From assembly GCA_030390025.1 (NCBI GenBank), contig CM059438.1:80414001-80478000 (forward strand): a stretch of 64,000 nucleotides of DNA, given 5' to 3'. This DNA comes from Squalus acanthias. Its lineage: Eukaryota. Both the position numbers and the translations under genes were made by a program. This document shows, piece by piece, positions 47,601 through 61,094 of this stretch (the first letter of the stretch is position 1; each line of letters starts with the position of its first letter). The notes under the pieces are model-generated. The model did no database searches. It worked only from the letters and a program-made list of their open reading frames with translations, and was not told the origin of the DNA.

Positions 47601-49003
47601 CTCCTTCCTGTAAATCCCCTTCATGTGTCCTGCCAGGTTATTTTTTGCTGTTCTTGTTGCAATTACTCTGCAAGTATTAGTTTGTGTGCAACCTTTCCGG
47701 ATTTCCTATTCAGAGATTTCTCATTAATTCTGAGCAGTGCCATTTTGGGGCTGTTTTCTCCGCCGCTAATAGTTCCGACACCCTTTCTGTTTGCTTTAGT
47801 TTCTACCCAGATGCAGACATTTTGAACGTAATTTTCCACCCCAACAGGCAGAGGGAATCTTTGAACGAGTTTTAATTGGAGTCACATGGATCATTTCCCT
47901 GCTCATTGCACTCATTAACGGTGGTTAGTTGTGACTTCATCTGAATGAAGTCGGATGTCTTGGGTTATTTTTCACTGGCAGAAATATTGCTCCGGCAGCA
48001 GATTTTTTTTTTTTAGCTCCGTCACTCGGTGAATAAGGGATGGATTTTTTTGTTTCCCCTCAGATCTGGTCAAAAATCTGCTTGCCTGGCCTTTCCATCC
48101 ACAGCTATGATTATTGGGTCCTGTATCTTGAAGGGGAGAGTGCAGTGAACCGATGGCGCCATCACCTTCATATCTGCTGCTTACAATTTATACATCATTT
48201 ACCTTGATCTTTGTGTAAGCAGAAATTTAAGATGCATTGGGAAAGTTTGGGTCGCAGCTGAATTATAGCAGCTGGCAGCGATGCATCTTGTTTGCGATAA
48301 CACTGGAAGTAGACCAGGCCTATCTCTGTACAGATCCCTGCAACCATCTGTCAGCTTCCTGGTCCACGCCAGCGCTGCTGCCAGGATCATAGCGTTTAGT
48401 CAGAGGAGGAGACAGAGCGGAGAAACAGGCAGGCCGGAGTCTGGGGAGATCGGGACGCGGCCTTTCTAAATCAAGACTGAGCCAGGAGAGCTGCGAGCTA
48501 GCGAAAAACAACAGGGACAAGGCAGACGGAATATAAATAGAGGGAAGATCGGGGAAACCAACACAATAAACAGTGGAACAGATGGCAGAGACAACAACTA
48601 AATGAGGAGCGAAAATAGCAAGACAGGCTCCAGAGAAAATAAATAGAAGAGTGAGGTGGCATTTGAAAATACACGGCAGAGGAGAGCCAGGAAGCAACAT
48701 ATAGAAGAAAGGCATAAGACATGGCAGGGCAGATTAAAACACGATGAACATTTTAATCTTTGTTTCTTTCTTTATGTCCTCCCTCCAGCCCTGTTCTGAA
48801 AATGGGGTATTCAGTAAGGACAGGGTTACAGTGGGTGATACAGCACTTCCAGTTTTCACAAGGAAGGTCTTCATGCAGTTGGGGGTGACGCACCTCTGTA
48901 ATGGATTATATGCATCATTGCTTTTATTTATTAGGTCCTCAAGATTGGCAATAGAAATTAGACAGTGTTTTACTGTAAAACAATAGTATACAAATTACCT
49001 ATA

Positions 49004-49245
49004 TCATAGAATCTTACAGCACAGAAAAGAGGCCATTCAGCCCATTGTGCCTGTGCTGGCTCTTTGAAAGAGCTATCCAATTAGTCCTAGTCCCCCACTC
49101 TTTCCCCATAGCCTTGCAATTTTCACCCCTAAAAGTATTTATCCAATTCCCATTTGAAAGTTACTATTGAATCTGGTTCCACCACCCTTTCAGGCAGATC
49201 ATTTCAACTCGCTGTGTAAAACAATTCTCCTCATCTCCCCTCTGG
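49004..49245 (-). mobile_element. CR1 3' fragment (subfamily of 62490-62812)
   Basis: tcatagaatcttacagcacag..ggccattcagccc..gctctttgaaagagc..tttccccatagcc..ttgaaagttactattgaatc. Confidence 0.85.
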
Positions 49246-50183
49246 GATACGCAGCCACTATAACCAGTGTGCTCACCACTATATCGGCAATCCCAATGCA
49301 CCAATGTAGTCTCTTGTATATGCAGTAAAACTGTTCAGTAACTTCATAGTATATAAATATGTACCTTTTGAATTAAATAAATGTAAAACAAAAATCAATT
49401 TATTGTATTGCTGTTGGAGTAAATGTAATTTTACTTTGCAACATTGATATTAGGCACTTATTTAAAAAAACTTTGAGATGGTGGTTGGCCTTATTCCACA
49501 TTTGAATCTATACTAAACCTCTGTTGTTGGATTTCTGATTTTTTTTCACATTTTGATTGACATCTGGAAAAAGTTGCGCGAAACAAAATGACTTCTTTCT
49601 GCTCATTCGATAACATTATATGGAACAGGGGTGTAAGTAATCCAGCAGCCAGTGGTGAGGCTCATATATAGCTGCAAGCCATCAGTATCATTTTACAGTT
49701 TCTGCTGTTGCATGTGGATGGATTTATGAAACATTAAAGAAATGAACACTCTATTCTCTGAGCAAAGGTGACCAGGAGGCCGTGAGGCGTTGCTGTGTAT
49801 GAGGGCCACATGTTTCTGTGTAGGGTTCTTTACTCCCCGTTCGCTCTGACCCATGATTTGTGCATTTTGTCTTGCAAATGACTCCGACGTCCACTCAGCA
49901 CCAGTAGTTCCTACGGGTTGCAGAGCCGGGAGCTAGCTGTGCAGAGTTAGAGGTCAACACCATTCAGAAGCAAAGTATCGAATCACACATCTCGATCTCT
50001 GCCACAACAATCTATAAACCTCCAAAATAGGTTACATTTCCAATTGTGATTTTTGGAAAGTAATGGACTTTAACGATAAATTTTTAAAGATCAGAGTTTA
50101 TTTGTGTGTCGTGTTGTATAATTACGTGGGGGGGGCTCCCCCTTCATCAGATGTAATGATATGCTACAGGATGGACTGTACAT

Positions 50184-50245
50184 CAACAATAACAAGTATA
50201 TTTATATAGCGCCTTTAACGTAATTAAACGTCCCAAGGTGCTTCA
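50184..50245 (-). mobile_element. Short L2 tail
   Basis: caacaataacaagtatatttatatagcgcctttaacgtaattaaacgtcccaagg. Confidence 0.7.
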
Positions 50246-50249
50246 TGAG

Positions 50250-50455
50250 AGTTCAGGCCATATAGCTCTAGCCATGCATCAGTGTCCGATTTAGAATCCA
50301 GTTTATCCTGCATTTGAGTAGCCTGTTGTCACTTACTGTCCAGCCTCTTACATGAAGAAGGGCCATTTGGATGAGGTATTGGAGATCTGTCAGCGCCCAT
50401 GGAACTGTACTCCAGCAGGAGGTAAGGGAGAAAAACATCCAAAAAAGGGAGAAAA
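50250..50455 (+). mobile_element. SINE family X, 3' part
   Basis: acatgaagaagggccatttggatgaggtattgg..catggaactgtactccagca..gggagaaaaa, matching 35620-35720. Confidence 0.5.
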
Positions 50456-53097
50456 AGAAATTAATTACTGAATACTTATTTTATTTTTACTTGGAGGGAT
50501 TCACCATAAGTTCTTTGAGAGACAATCGCCCCCAAAAATGATGATTTTCACAAATACATTCAAGAAAGTTGAAAACAATAAAGAAAACAATCTCCAAAGA
50601 CTTAGGAACATGGAACCATGTCATAAAACCTGATTATATAACAATCTGGTGGATTAACCATATTTTCCTCTGTTTGCTAATTTAGCGATATGAGTATAAA
50701 GAGCTGCTGTATACGCATGTTCTTTTTTTCCCACTAAAATGGAGGAATGGAAAGCTGATTCTAAAGTCCCGCACTCCTGGTGCAGAGAACACATCACAGA
50801 AAAACATTGACGAGCAGCCCGTGATTTTCTGGTTGCTAAAATTAACAGGTGGAAAATGCCACCGTTGTGGGCCGTGTTGCACTCCTTCAGAGCACGGCTC
50901 TGCACTGTTGGTGTAGAGGGGCAGGATTGGACCCATACACCGCAGTGTGAGTTACCACATCGGATTCTGCAGCAGTACAACATTATCAGTGAATGTACTT
51001 GTCATCGCTTTCCCCTTCGACTGGCTCACAACTCGCAAATATCTGGCCACATCGTGCATAAAGCCTCTTAAAATTTTTAATAGAGGTCTTATTAAAGTAC
51101 AGTTTTCAAAGATGCATATGGGATATAGACAAATTCCCAACTATCTTCAGTGTGATATCTTACGACCTCAGGATATGACCTCTGGTTTTTGGCGCTATTG
51201 ACTGGCAGATGCACTTGACTCCTGAGAACGAAAAAGAGATTTCAGAGTAACTGCTTAAAGCTGCTGTGTCCCGTAGATCTTAGGATGTACGACATTAACT
51301 TGAAATAGTCACTCTCCCGTCAATGCTCTGCAAGAATTGTGCATTTCCAATTATTCCTAGAGTAGATTTGGATTATGGCGCACACTGAAAGCAATCGGCT
51401 TAGTTTGCTATTGTGCTGTGTTAATGTGATGAAATACATTCTTCTGTTGCAGCAGGAAAGTCCTATTATTCCCACAGCCGCCACTGTGCACGGTTAATTC
51501 ATGGGTAACAAGCTCCTAAATGAGCAACTGAAGCTATTTCTCCACCTGGCTTGTCATTTTTATGTTTTGACCATGGCTGGTGTGAGGGCACTTCAGAGAA
51601 AGCACATCAGTTAGCGTGTGATGCCCCCTGTCACATCAAAGATTGTTTGCTGACTAACAAACTTACTTCAAAGAAATAGTTACTGCATAAAGATAAAATC
51701 AACTTTCTGTTTTCCATGCTAGGGTGAGGGAGGACTTCAGGCCCGGTCACCAACATAAACCCTCTGCGATAAAGGGGGAAATCCTTGGGCACCAGCATAA
51801 CTGGACTTCGCATGAGTCCATTACAAGAAAATCAAAACCGAGTATATGAATAGAAGCTTGCCTCTTGATTGAATTATATTCATATTATTTCAGCCACTTT
51901 TACCCATTATATAAGCTGGAGTTCTCAATAATACACGCAGGTTACCGTGCAAAACTGGATTTAGTTGGAAACATGCGGCTCTCTTGCCTTGTCAATAGGA
52001 TCATTTGGGACTGTATTAAAAGCTTGGAGTGAGATATTTACACAGGTGGGCTTCAGCAGAAAGAGTAATATTTAATGTAACAAAGTAAAGTGGTATTAAC
52101 CAGATTATAGATAGCAAGCTAACAACTTTATAATTCCAAAATGGTGTACATCACTTGTTCTATTCCAGTCCTCTGAACCCACCTATTTATCAATGAGCGT
52201 TACAAATCCCTTACCATTGCTTGTTTAACGAGAACTTGGTTATGTACTCTTTCCTTTATCAAATCAGATGCTTTCTCCTTGGGAACTCAACTGACATCTT
52301 CCATAGCGAGAAGAGTTGTGAACAAATCATTTCAAAATTTTGACATACTAATAGCCTGTCCACCATCATACCTCTGGCCTTTTGAAGGGGCTCCATTTGT
52401 TTTTATTTAACACTTTGCTTCCTGCAAACATATCCAAGGAATCTCTTTCAATTCCACCCATTCCTGTAGCGATTTACTTTCCCAGTTCCCTGTTTTGATT
52501 ATTCTTTTGGAATTTCTCATTTCCCTTTATTGTTTCCAATCTCCTTCACTGTTTCTTGAATTAATTTGTGCTTACTGTAATTCCTTGCTTTGCCAACTAG
52601 TGGATTTAATTTCCTCTCTGCTATTTTCAGCGCATCAATTAATGCATTTGGATTCCTGTATTCTTGCACTGTTCTAGCCAGTTTAAAATAAACAGGTTAA
52701 TGACTACATTAAACGGTACAGACAGGAATTTATGCAAACACATTAACTGGTCTTTACAGTGGTCTGAGGAAATTAAACCCACATGTCTATTATTCTGCTT
52801 CTAGTGTGGTATCTATCTCATTTGCACCCTCTCCAGCACATCCTTAAAAACATTCCATTTTTGTTTGTTCTATCCCTTCCCAGTTTTATTTCCTAATTAA
52901 TCTTCTCCAGTCTTCCCTCATTAACTTGAAATCCTTGAATGGTTCTTTGGCACAGGTCTGCACATGGAACGGAAGAGCAGTCTTATTTTATACACTTAAC
53001 AGATTGCCATAGAAATGAATGGGAGTGAAATTTCAAAATAAAAATAACACAAAAATTGCGCACATCTCGAGTTTACAGTTAACAGCGCATACACTTA

Positions 53098-53546
53098 AAA
53101 AGAAAGACTTTTGCATTGCACCATTCACGACCTCAGGATGTCCCAAAGTGCTTTACAGCCAATGAAGTACTTTTGAAGTGCAGTCACTTGTCATGTCGGA
53201 AATGCAGGCAGCCAATTTGCACACAGCAAGGTCCCACAAACAGCAATGTGATAATGTCTATATAATCTGTTTTATTTTAATGATGTTGGTTGAGGAATAA
53301 AGATTGGCCAGAACTCCCTGCTCTTCTTCGAATCGTGCCATGGGATATTTTACGCCCACCTGATTGGGCAGACGGGACCTCGCTTTAACGTATCATCCGA
53401 AAGACAGTAACTCTGACAGTGCAGCACTCCCTCAGCACTGCACCGAAGTGTCAGCCTAGCTTATGTGCTCAAGTCTCTGGAGTGGGACTTGAACCCACAA
53501 CCTTCTGACTCAGCGGCGAGAGTGCTACCCACTGAGCCACAGCTGA
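53098..53546 (-). mobile_element. DeuSINE/SacSINE1-like SINE, full length
   Basis: Reverse-strand head cagctgtggctcagtgggtagcactctcgccgctgagtcagaaggttgtgggttcaagtccc (A/B boxes), Deu-type core, L2-like tail. Confidence 0.92.
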
Positions 53547-54235
53547 GATCTAAAAAGGGATCAGTTAACATGCATATACACTAGGATATGGACTATTACA
53601 CAACGACGTAGTGGTTTCTACTTTACCATGACGCTAAAGCTGGTGTGTAAACGGAGATTCGGCCAATCAATCTGACTGCGGATTGTATTGGAGCAGCAGC
53701 CGTGGGTTTCACACCTGAATGGCAGATCCCAGACTGCAGTGTAAATGTCTCCTGCAGCTTGGGTCAAAGCTACAAAGTTGTAGATTGAGGTAACATTTGC
53801 TATTGAACACGTGATCCAAGAGTTTTACTAACAAATTATCAAACCAATTTGGGATAATGGCAAATTCAAACTCTTGTTTTGATAATATATCTGTTCCCCT
53901 GTAATCAGTCAGTTACAAGCTATCACAAAGTCAAAAGAACTTAGTGATTTTGAAATCAGGAAATAAAAATGAGGTTGGAAGACTGAATGTAAATCAGCTC
54001 TTCAAACCCAAAGCAAAGTTGGGAGCAGTTTGACTTGATGGAATGTAAATTCAGTCTTCTGTAGAGTGGACTACAATGTTTGCAGCAAACACATGTTTAC
54101 AATTTTCCAATTTATTATATATCTGTTCACGGTATCTTCTAATGTTATCTTGAAGCAGTAAAAATAGAAATATTACACACTGAAATCCATATCTCTATCA
54201 TGTAGTGCATGGCACCAAAACTTTGTAAATCTCCT

Positions 54236-55043
54236 ATACAATAGCAAAATACTGCGGATGCTGGAAATCTGAAATAACAATAGAAAATGCTGGAAACACT
54301 CAGCAGGCCAGGCAGCATCCGTGGAGAGAGAAAAACAGAGTTAACCTTTCAGGTCGGTGACCCTGCGTCAGAACTGGAAAAAGTTAGAGATGTAACAGAT
54401 TTTTAAGCAAGTGTAGGGGCGGGGAAAGGGAGGAGGGGAGGAAAGAACAAAAAGGAAGGTCTGTGATAGGCTGGAAGGCAGGAGAGATTAAAAGACAAAA
54501 GGGATGATGGTGCAAGGCAAAGGAGATGGTAATGGAACAAGTTAAGAAACAAAAGATGACTCTAGATGAGGTGTAAATGGTAATGGCAGAATCATCAACA
54601 GCTGCCATGTGAGGAAAAAAAAGGGAAAAATATAGGGGCCGAGGTTATAGTCTGAAATTGTTGAACTTGATGTTGAGTCCAGAAGGCTGTAAAGTACCTA
54701 ATCAAAAGATAAGGTGCTGTTCCTCGAGCTTACGTTGAGCTTCATTGGAACAGTGTAAGAGGCCGAGGACGGAGAGGTCAGAGTGGGAGTGGAGCGGAGA
54801 ATTAAAGTGACAGGCAACCGGAAGCTCGGGTCATGCTTACAGACTGAACGGAGGTGTTCCGCAAAGCGGTCACCCAATCTGTGTTTGGTCTCCCCAATGT
54901 AGAGGAGACTGCATCGTGAGCAGTGAATACAGTATACTAAATTGCAAGAACTACAAGTAAATCGGTGTTTCACCTGGAAGGAGTGTTTGGGCCCTGGACA
55001 GTGGGAAGGGAGGAGGTAAAAGGGCAGGTGTTGTATCTCCTGC
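54236..55043 (-). mobile_element. Penelope-like retroelement, 5'-truncated, with 16-bp TSD
   Basis: FTCSSCNLVYCIHCSRCSLLYIGETKHRLGDRFAEH; TSD actttgtaaatctcct (54220-54235 / 55044-55059); hammerhead core mutated (ctgacgc..gaaaggtt). Confidence 0.95.
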
Positions 55044-58000
55044 ACTTTGTAAATCTCCTCTTGAGCTCCAAGAAGCTTTCCTTAACTCAGTTATCTGTTA
55101 GAGCACAAAAATATAACAACTTTTCATTGACTCAGGGCAGATTAAGAAGATCACCCCTTAGAACAACTTCACCCACTCCACTCCACAAGTCACCTCCCTC
55201 TTTGCTTTTCATGGACTGACAGCAATAGCCAACTCTCCTCAAAAAAACACCAGTATCTCAGCATGCACTGATGTCAAAGAAACAACAAAACACAGGTAGC
55301 AGACCACATCGTCACCATGGAAACTACAACTTCAATCTTCTTTCATAAATACACATTAGTTTAATAAAATTACTCTGTTAAAACCAAAAAAAAATTACAT
55401 TGCGTTTTCCCACATTTAACCAATAAGGGATGTATAGGAAATAGAATACTGCACCATAAACAGTGTTGTTGACTTTAAATCACTTATGAGAAAGACCTCA
55501 TCATTCACCTATGGCTGTTGCTTGTTGTGAATTATGAATCTCCCATCCTCATAAACTAAATCCATTGATGTACTGATACTCGTTTGATATGCTCTCATTA
55601 TTTAGAGAATGTGGAAGTAAAAGTTAATACTCTAGGTTAACCTACACATTTGACTGATCTGTTATAATTTACACAGTATTATTCATTGTGGAGATCCCGT
55701 ACAAACAAAAGTGTGCATAATCTCAAGATTCCAAAAAAGATTAAATAGCTCCAAGTGCATTGATGTTGTGCACATCTCGCACTGTGCCTTGAACATACTG
55801 AAACATCATAAGATGCTTCAAAGACAAGTTTAAGGAAATGAATACCATGGCAGGAAGGCAGAGATTAGAGGGGTGAATGAGATTGTTTGTGAGAAGGTTT
55901 CTAATGGTGAAGCTTTAATTCAGGCTGACTGTAACTGCATTAACTGAGGATATCATTGGAATACACCTTGTTAGCATTTTCCAACATTAGGACCCAACTT
56001 TCCAGCAAATTGATCTTATTTATTCTTTTCATGCTTTTAGTGGATTGTTGGGCGAATGAAGGGTGAGGGATGTTAATATCAAGAAGTAGAATACTTTACC
56101 ACTTTTGATAAATTTATCATCGTCAAGCAATCCAGTGTCCAATATAGCCCAGCCAGTAAAGTTCCCTCTGCTCTGCCCCAACTGTGTAAACTTTCTACTT
56201 CCCACCAAAGGCTGTCTTTATGACTCAAATGAATGCAGTCTGGAGCAAAATATGGTCACTTTTGTACTGTGGCCTTTACCGCTGCCAGGAACTTGGTGAT
56301 TACCCCAAGCTTATTTCACTGAGAACCCTTACAGATAGCAGAAAGAGGGAGGGGGCCATTTCATCCTATTAACCTAGACTAAAAATAAAACACTGACCCC
56401 AGAGGTGAAAGGGCAGTACTGCACCACTCACCTCCCAATTTATTTTAACAATATAGCTACCGATTACAGCTTCATTGGAAACCCAGAGAAACGGAGTAAA
56501 TGCTTCAGAAATTCAGCCCCCAAATAACTCAAGTTTTAATAGGGGTCTTTTAATGCCTTCCCTGGAAAAAAATAATGAAAACACAAACTATGCGTGCCCG
56601 CGGGGAGAGAAAGGAAGAAATCTGGCGGCTTTAATGGGTTTTCAGCCGAAGAACTGGCCAGAAAATACAAAATAAAATTTTTGCAAAATATCCCACAGCA
56701 CTGATAAAGCTGGGAATAACAATTAAACCGAAAATCAGTTTCAACGCTGGAGCAGCATCCTGCGACTGCCCAAGAATTGTCATGCTGGGCTGTCCCACTC
56801 GAGTATATCCATAAATTTATGGCTTTGCTGTGTTTTTGCCACAAGACGTTTTAAACGCAATTGAACCTGCCGACTCATCCCCTTTTTAAAAATTTTTTTA
56901 TTTCCAACCATTGTTTCTTTCAACTGGCACGGTGCTTGTTATGCTCTTTTCTGCTGGCATGCAGGAATTTCACGCTGGCATTGTACCAGTCTGTGCACTC
57001 AGCCACGCTCCATTTGCAGTTCAGAGCATAAACATTCCAAACCGTTCGAGAGAAATAGTTCTTTGTAGACAAACTGGAGGGCGGGGGGAAATGAGAAAAG
57101 AAAGAAAATTCATTGAGAAGGACGGAGAGAACTCGTATTTTTTTTATATGAGCGCACAGTGCCAGTCATTCTTTCTTTGTTTCTGACGACAGATTAGTCA
57201 AGTGGAGTGCGTTATTAGCTGATGTGTTTAGGACTTATCTCCCGACCTGTCCATGCCGGAGTGCTGATTATCACTCTTCCTTTGGTTAGAAAAGGACCAG
57301 TGTGTGCCATCACATTCTGTTGGCATGGTAAGATTCCATGGCCGCAGCCTCAAGCCAACTTTTACAGTTTAAACAGAGTCTATGAGATACAAAATGGAAA
57401 GTCCAATAAATTATTTTTTTTTGCCATCGCACCGTCACAGAGAATGTTGGTCCGTAGGCAAGGAAAATAAGTTTTAAAAAAACGAAACAGTATTTTTTTT
57501 TTATTCAGCGAAAGCAAAACCGATTTTAGCATATAACTACTTCTGAGCTGTACGCATTGCATTTTTCACAGTCAACAAGTTACTAGTCCCATGGCTTTCA
57601 ATGAAAACACCGTGTACAGATCCTCGGAGCCTTAGATAATGGGTTTCTGTTAGCGGGAAATGATCCCCATCTTGGAGAAGGAAAGTTCAGCAACATCTTT
57701 GCCACAATGAAACCACTGAAAAAACAAAGCAATAATGTGATGCTTTTGTAACATAAATAAGATCATTTTGTCAAGAAATGACTTCAGACAGCTACGTCTC
57801 TGGGTGTATCCCATTGTTCCGTGGCATTGCTGACCATATGCAAATCTGGCTGCGTGAAATCAGACCTATTCAGCAGAAAAAGTCTGTCCTTACATGGGTT
57901 TTCTCTGCTGGTTCAATCTTTATTCAAAAGCCAATGAAGTCAAACATTACTTGGTGGCTTAATTTATTTGAAATGTCAACATAAGTGGATTGATTTACCG

Positions 58001-58829
58001 TGGAATGGATAAATCTAACCTTTCTGAGCGCTGAGTCGTTAAGGGAAATGTATGGAGGAAGCAGCAACATCCAGACCTTAATGGCTTACCTCACAAGATG
58101 TGAGATCTGTTAAACTCTCAGTCTATCTGTTTATGTTCAAGGAAATGACTGGAACGTGAAAAATGAATCCAGGCATAAATCAGACCTCTGGTTGCTCTGA
58201 TTGTTCAGCTTCAGTTCTGGCAAAGGAGCTGAACTCTTGTTAACCCCTTGTGCACTAATTCTATTGTATTGTTTTTAAGTACTGTGCTGAATCTGTATCT
58301 TGCTGTAAATCTTGCTTGCTATCTATTGCTTTACCTGTAAATAAATCTGACCAAATACTTTTAGCCTGTAAATGTTGGTCTCACGACCTGTAATCTTCCA
58401 CCTTTTGGAGGGGACAAAAGACTCTGATGAACATCCAGTGTGGTGTCAAATAATTAGAAGTTAATTGTTAACCTGCCATGCTAACATATACACGGCCCAG
58501 ATTTTTGGTTCATAGGAGACTGACTCTGCTTACGAAAACTGGCTTTCAGCCATGAACACCACACCGCAGTGTTTGGGGAAAAGCATGTACAGTAACTGAA
58601 GGACCCATTTAAGAATGGAAACAGGAATCCATGTGACATCTTGGAAAATTCAACTCAATTGTCTATGATTGAAAGCACGTTCTATGAAAAGTTGAGCAGC
58701 TCAGTCTCCTAGTCCTCCACTTCTTCACCTTTTCTGATTCCAATATGTTAAAAATGTTGACGGTGGCTGTTTTTTGTTGGAATAGAACATCTGTAAAGTG
58801 ATCTGAGCTGCTATTCCCATTCTTTTTAG

Positions 58830-59672
58830 AAGAAGCGTGGCAGATGTAATATAACGTGGATAAATGCGAGGTTATCCACTTTGGTGTCAAAAACAGAAAG
58901 GCAGACTATTATCTGAATGGCAATAGATTGGGAAAAGGGGAAGTGTAACGAGACCTGGGTGTCCTTGTGCACCAGTCGCTGAAGGTAAGCATGCAGGTGC
59001 AGCAGGCGGTGAAGAAGGCAAATGGTATGTTGGCCTTCATAGCGAAAGGGTTTGAGTATAGGAACAGGGATGTCCTGCTGCAGTTGTACAGGGCCTTGGT
59101 GAGACCACACCTTGAGTACTGTGTGCAGTTTTGGTCGCCTTATCTGAGGAAGGATGTTCTTGCCATGGAAGGAGTTCAGCGAAGATTCACAAGGCTGATA
59201 CCTGGGATGGCAGGAATGACATATGAGGAGAGATTGGGTCGATTGGGCTTATACTCGCTGGAGTATAGAAGAATGAGAGGGGATCTCATCGAAACATATA
59301 AAATTCTGACAGGTCTGGACAAACTAGATGCAGGAAGAATGTTCCCGATGGTCGGAGAGTCCAGAACCAGGGGTCATAATCTAAGGATAAGGGGTAAGCC
59401 ATTTAGGACAGAAATGAGGAAGAATTTCTTCACCCAGAGAGTGGTGAACCTGTGGAATTCTCTACCACAGAAGGTAGTTGAGGCCAATTCATTAAATATA
59501 TTCAAGAATGAGTTAGATATATTTCTTAAAGCTAAAGGTATCAAGGGATATGGGGAGAAGGCAGGTACAGGGTACTGAGTTTGGATGATCAGCCATGATC
59601 TCATCGAATGGCGGAGCAGGCTCGAGGGGCCGAATGGCCTACTCCTGCTCCTATCTTCTATGTTTCTATGTA
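58830..59672 (+). mobile_element. Young CR1 LINE, 5'-truncated (ORF 58967-59578)
   Basis: KKANGMLAFI..LYRALVRPHLEYCVQFWSP..VQRRFTRLIPG..RRMRGDLIETYKI..FFTQRVVNLWNSLP; CpGs retained; tail of ttctatgt repeats. Confidence 0.96.
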
Positions 59673-60344
59673 AGATGTGATTTGAGAAACATGTACTTCC
59701 TATTGGCCCACCAGTGTATGTTGGCTGCTCATAAGTGTCCTTATTTGGAAGTACTCTTCTTCCTGGCTGACTTGAAATGATTAGCATATTGTGCATTGCC
59801 TCAGATATCCTGCTACAGCCTGCAAGTCAACAACATTGCTAGGGCTCCATTCTTGTCTTTCTACTTCATAAGGAATTCCAGAGTTTAAAGATTCCAACAT
59901 GTAATCCTTTAAAAATGTTAGTTATCAAAGGGATAACTTATCTAAAGTCTTTTATGGAGCTTTGGAAAAATAAACTGCGTTTTTGTTTTATCTAAACACA
60001 GTCCTGTGGACAATACTGCTCTGTATTGCAGAATTCTGCTTTTGCAGTAGTTTGGTATATTTGTGGCTGTGTCATATAGCTCTCCTTGGCTTCATCTGCG
60101 ACTAGCAGCCCTGGTCATATGGGGTCTGAAATTCTTGGGGCTTCGCTCCGCGATGGGGTGGGACTTCTGGCCACCAGTTTGCTGCGCTCCTGACCGGTTC
60201 CCAAATCCTGAGGTCAAGATACTTCCCATTGGGGTCATAGATGTTTGTGCCATTTGCAGTGTTGCTGGGGCTGTCTGGGAGTGAGGGTAAGCAGGAATTT
60301 TGCAAGTAGCACTTTGCTCTGTAATTGATTGTCGGCATTTAAAG

Positions 60345-61094
60345 AGGTTTTGGCCTCACTTCCGACAGGATCTGGTCCTGAGATGCAATCTGGAAAAATC
60401 TGCGCCCTTACCTGAGGGCTCCCGGGACGCACACACTTCCGCTCCTGGGCCTCTCCAAACTCCAAATGTGCAGGGCCCACGTATCCCAGGGGCGCATGTA
60501 GTTCGCAGCGTCCCTGGGATCACGTGGGCCATGGGGAGCCAATCACAGAAGGGAATCTCCCTTCATACATTTGACAGGAAGACCTGTCAAATATATGAAT
60601 GGAGATCAATGAAAAAACATAGTAAAACTTTAAATACTTTTTTTTAAATCACATTTTTAAAATGACTTGAAATTAAAATAAATTAAGTATTTTAAACAAA
60701 TTAAATTTTTTGAAAAAAATAATTAAAATTTTTTACATGGCTAAAAATAAACTTACCTTTTCTTAAAGTATTTTTAAATGATAAATCAATGAAAATTTTT
60801 TTAAAACTTTTTTTCAACTCTTATCCTGGTAAAAGCAGGCCTTACTCCTGCTTTTACCAGGCGTATGAATTGTAAGGGTTTTCTGCGGGTGGAGGGTCTC
60901 CAAAAAACGGATCTATCTGCCCGCAGAGGCCCTTCTCCAGGGCAGGCGGAGGATCTGTCAAGGCCATTCTTGACAGATCGGAAACGGCGGTTTTCGGCGC
61001 ATGCGTTGTGCATGCCTGAAACCGGCATTTCCGATGTCCCTACGGGTGGGTGCACAGCGCGTACCCACCCGTAGGGATCGGAATATCTGGGCCA
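60345..61094. mobile_element. Harbinger-type MITE with an AT-rich core and a subterminal hairpin array
   Basis: Right end ggaatatctgggcc; internal acttacct; consecutive stem-loops 60825-61077. Confidence 0.55.

Noticed and set aside
52090-52690. Possible very old minus-strand CR1 ORF2 fragment
   Set aside because: Only faint similarity; boundaries could not be supported
58967-59578. 203-aa ORF as a host gene (also 7951-8565)
   Set aside because: C-terminal part of CR1 ORF2 in a 5'-truncated copy; cannot be autonomous
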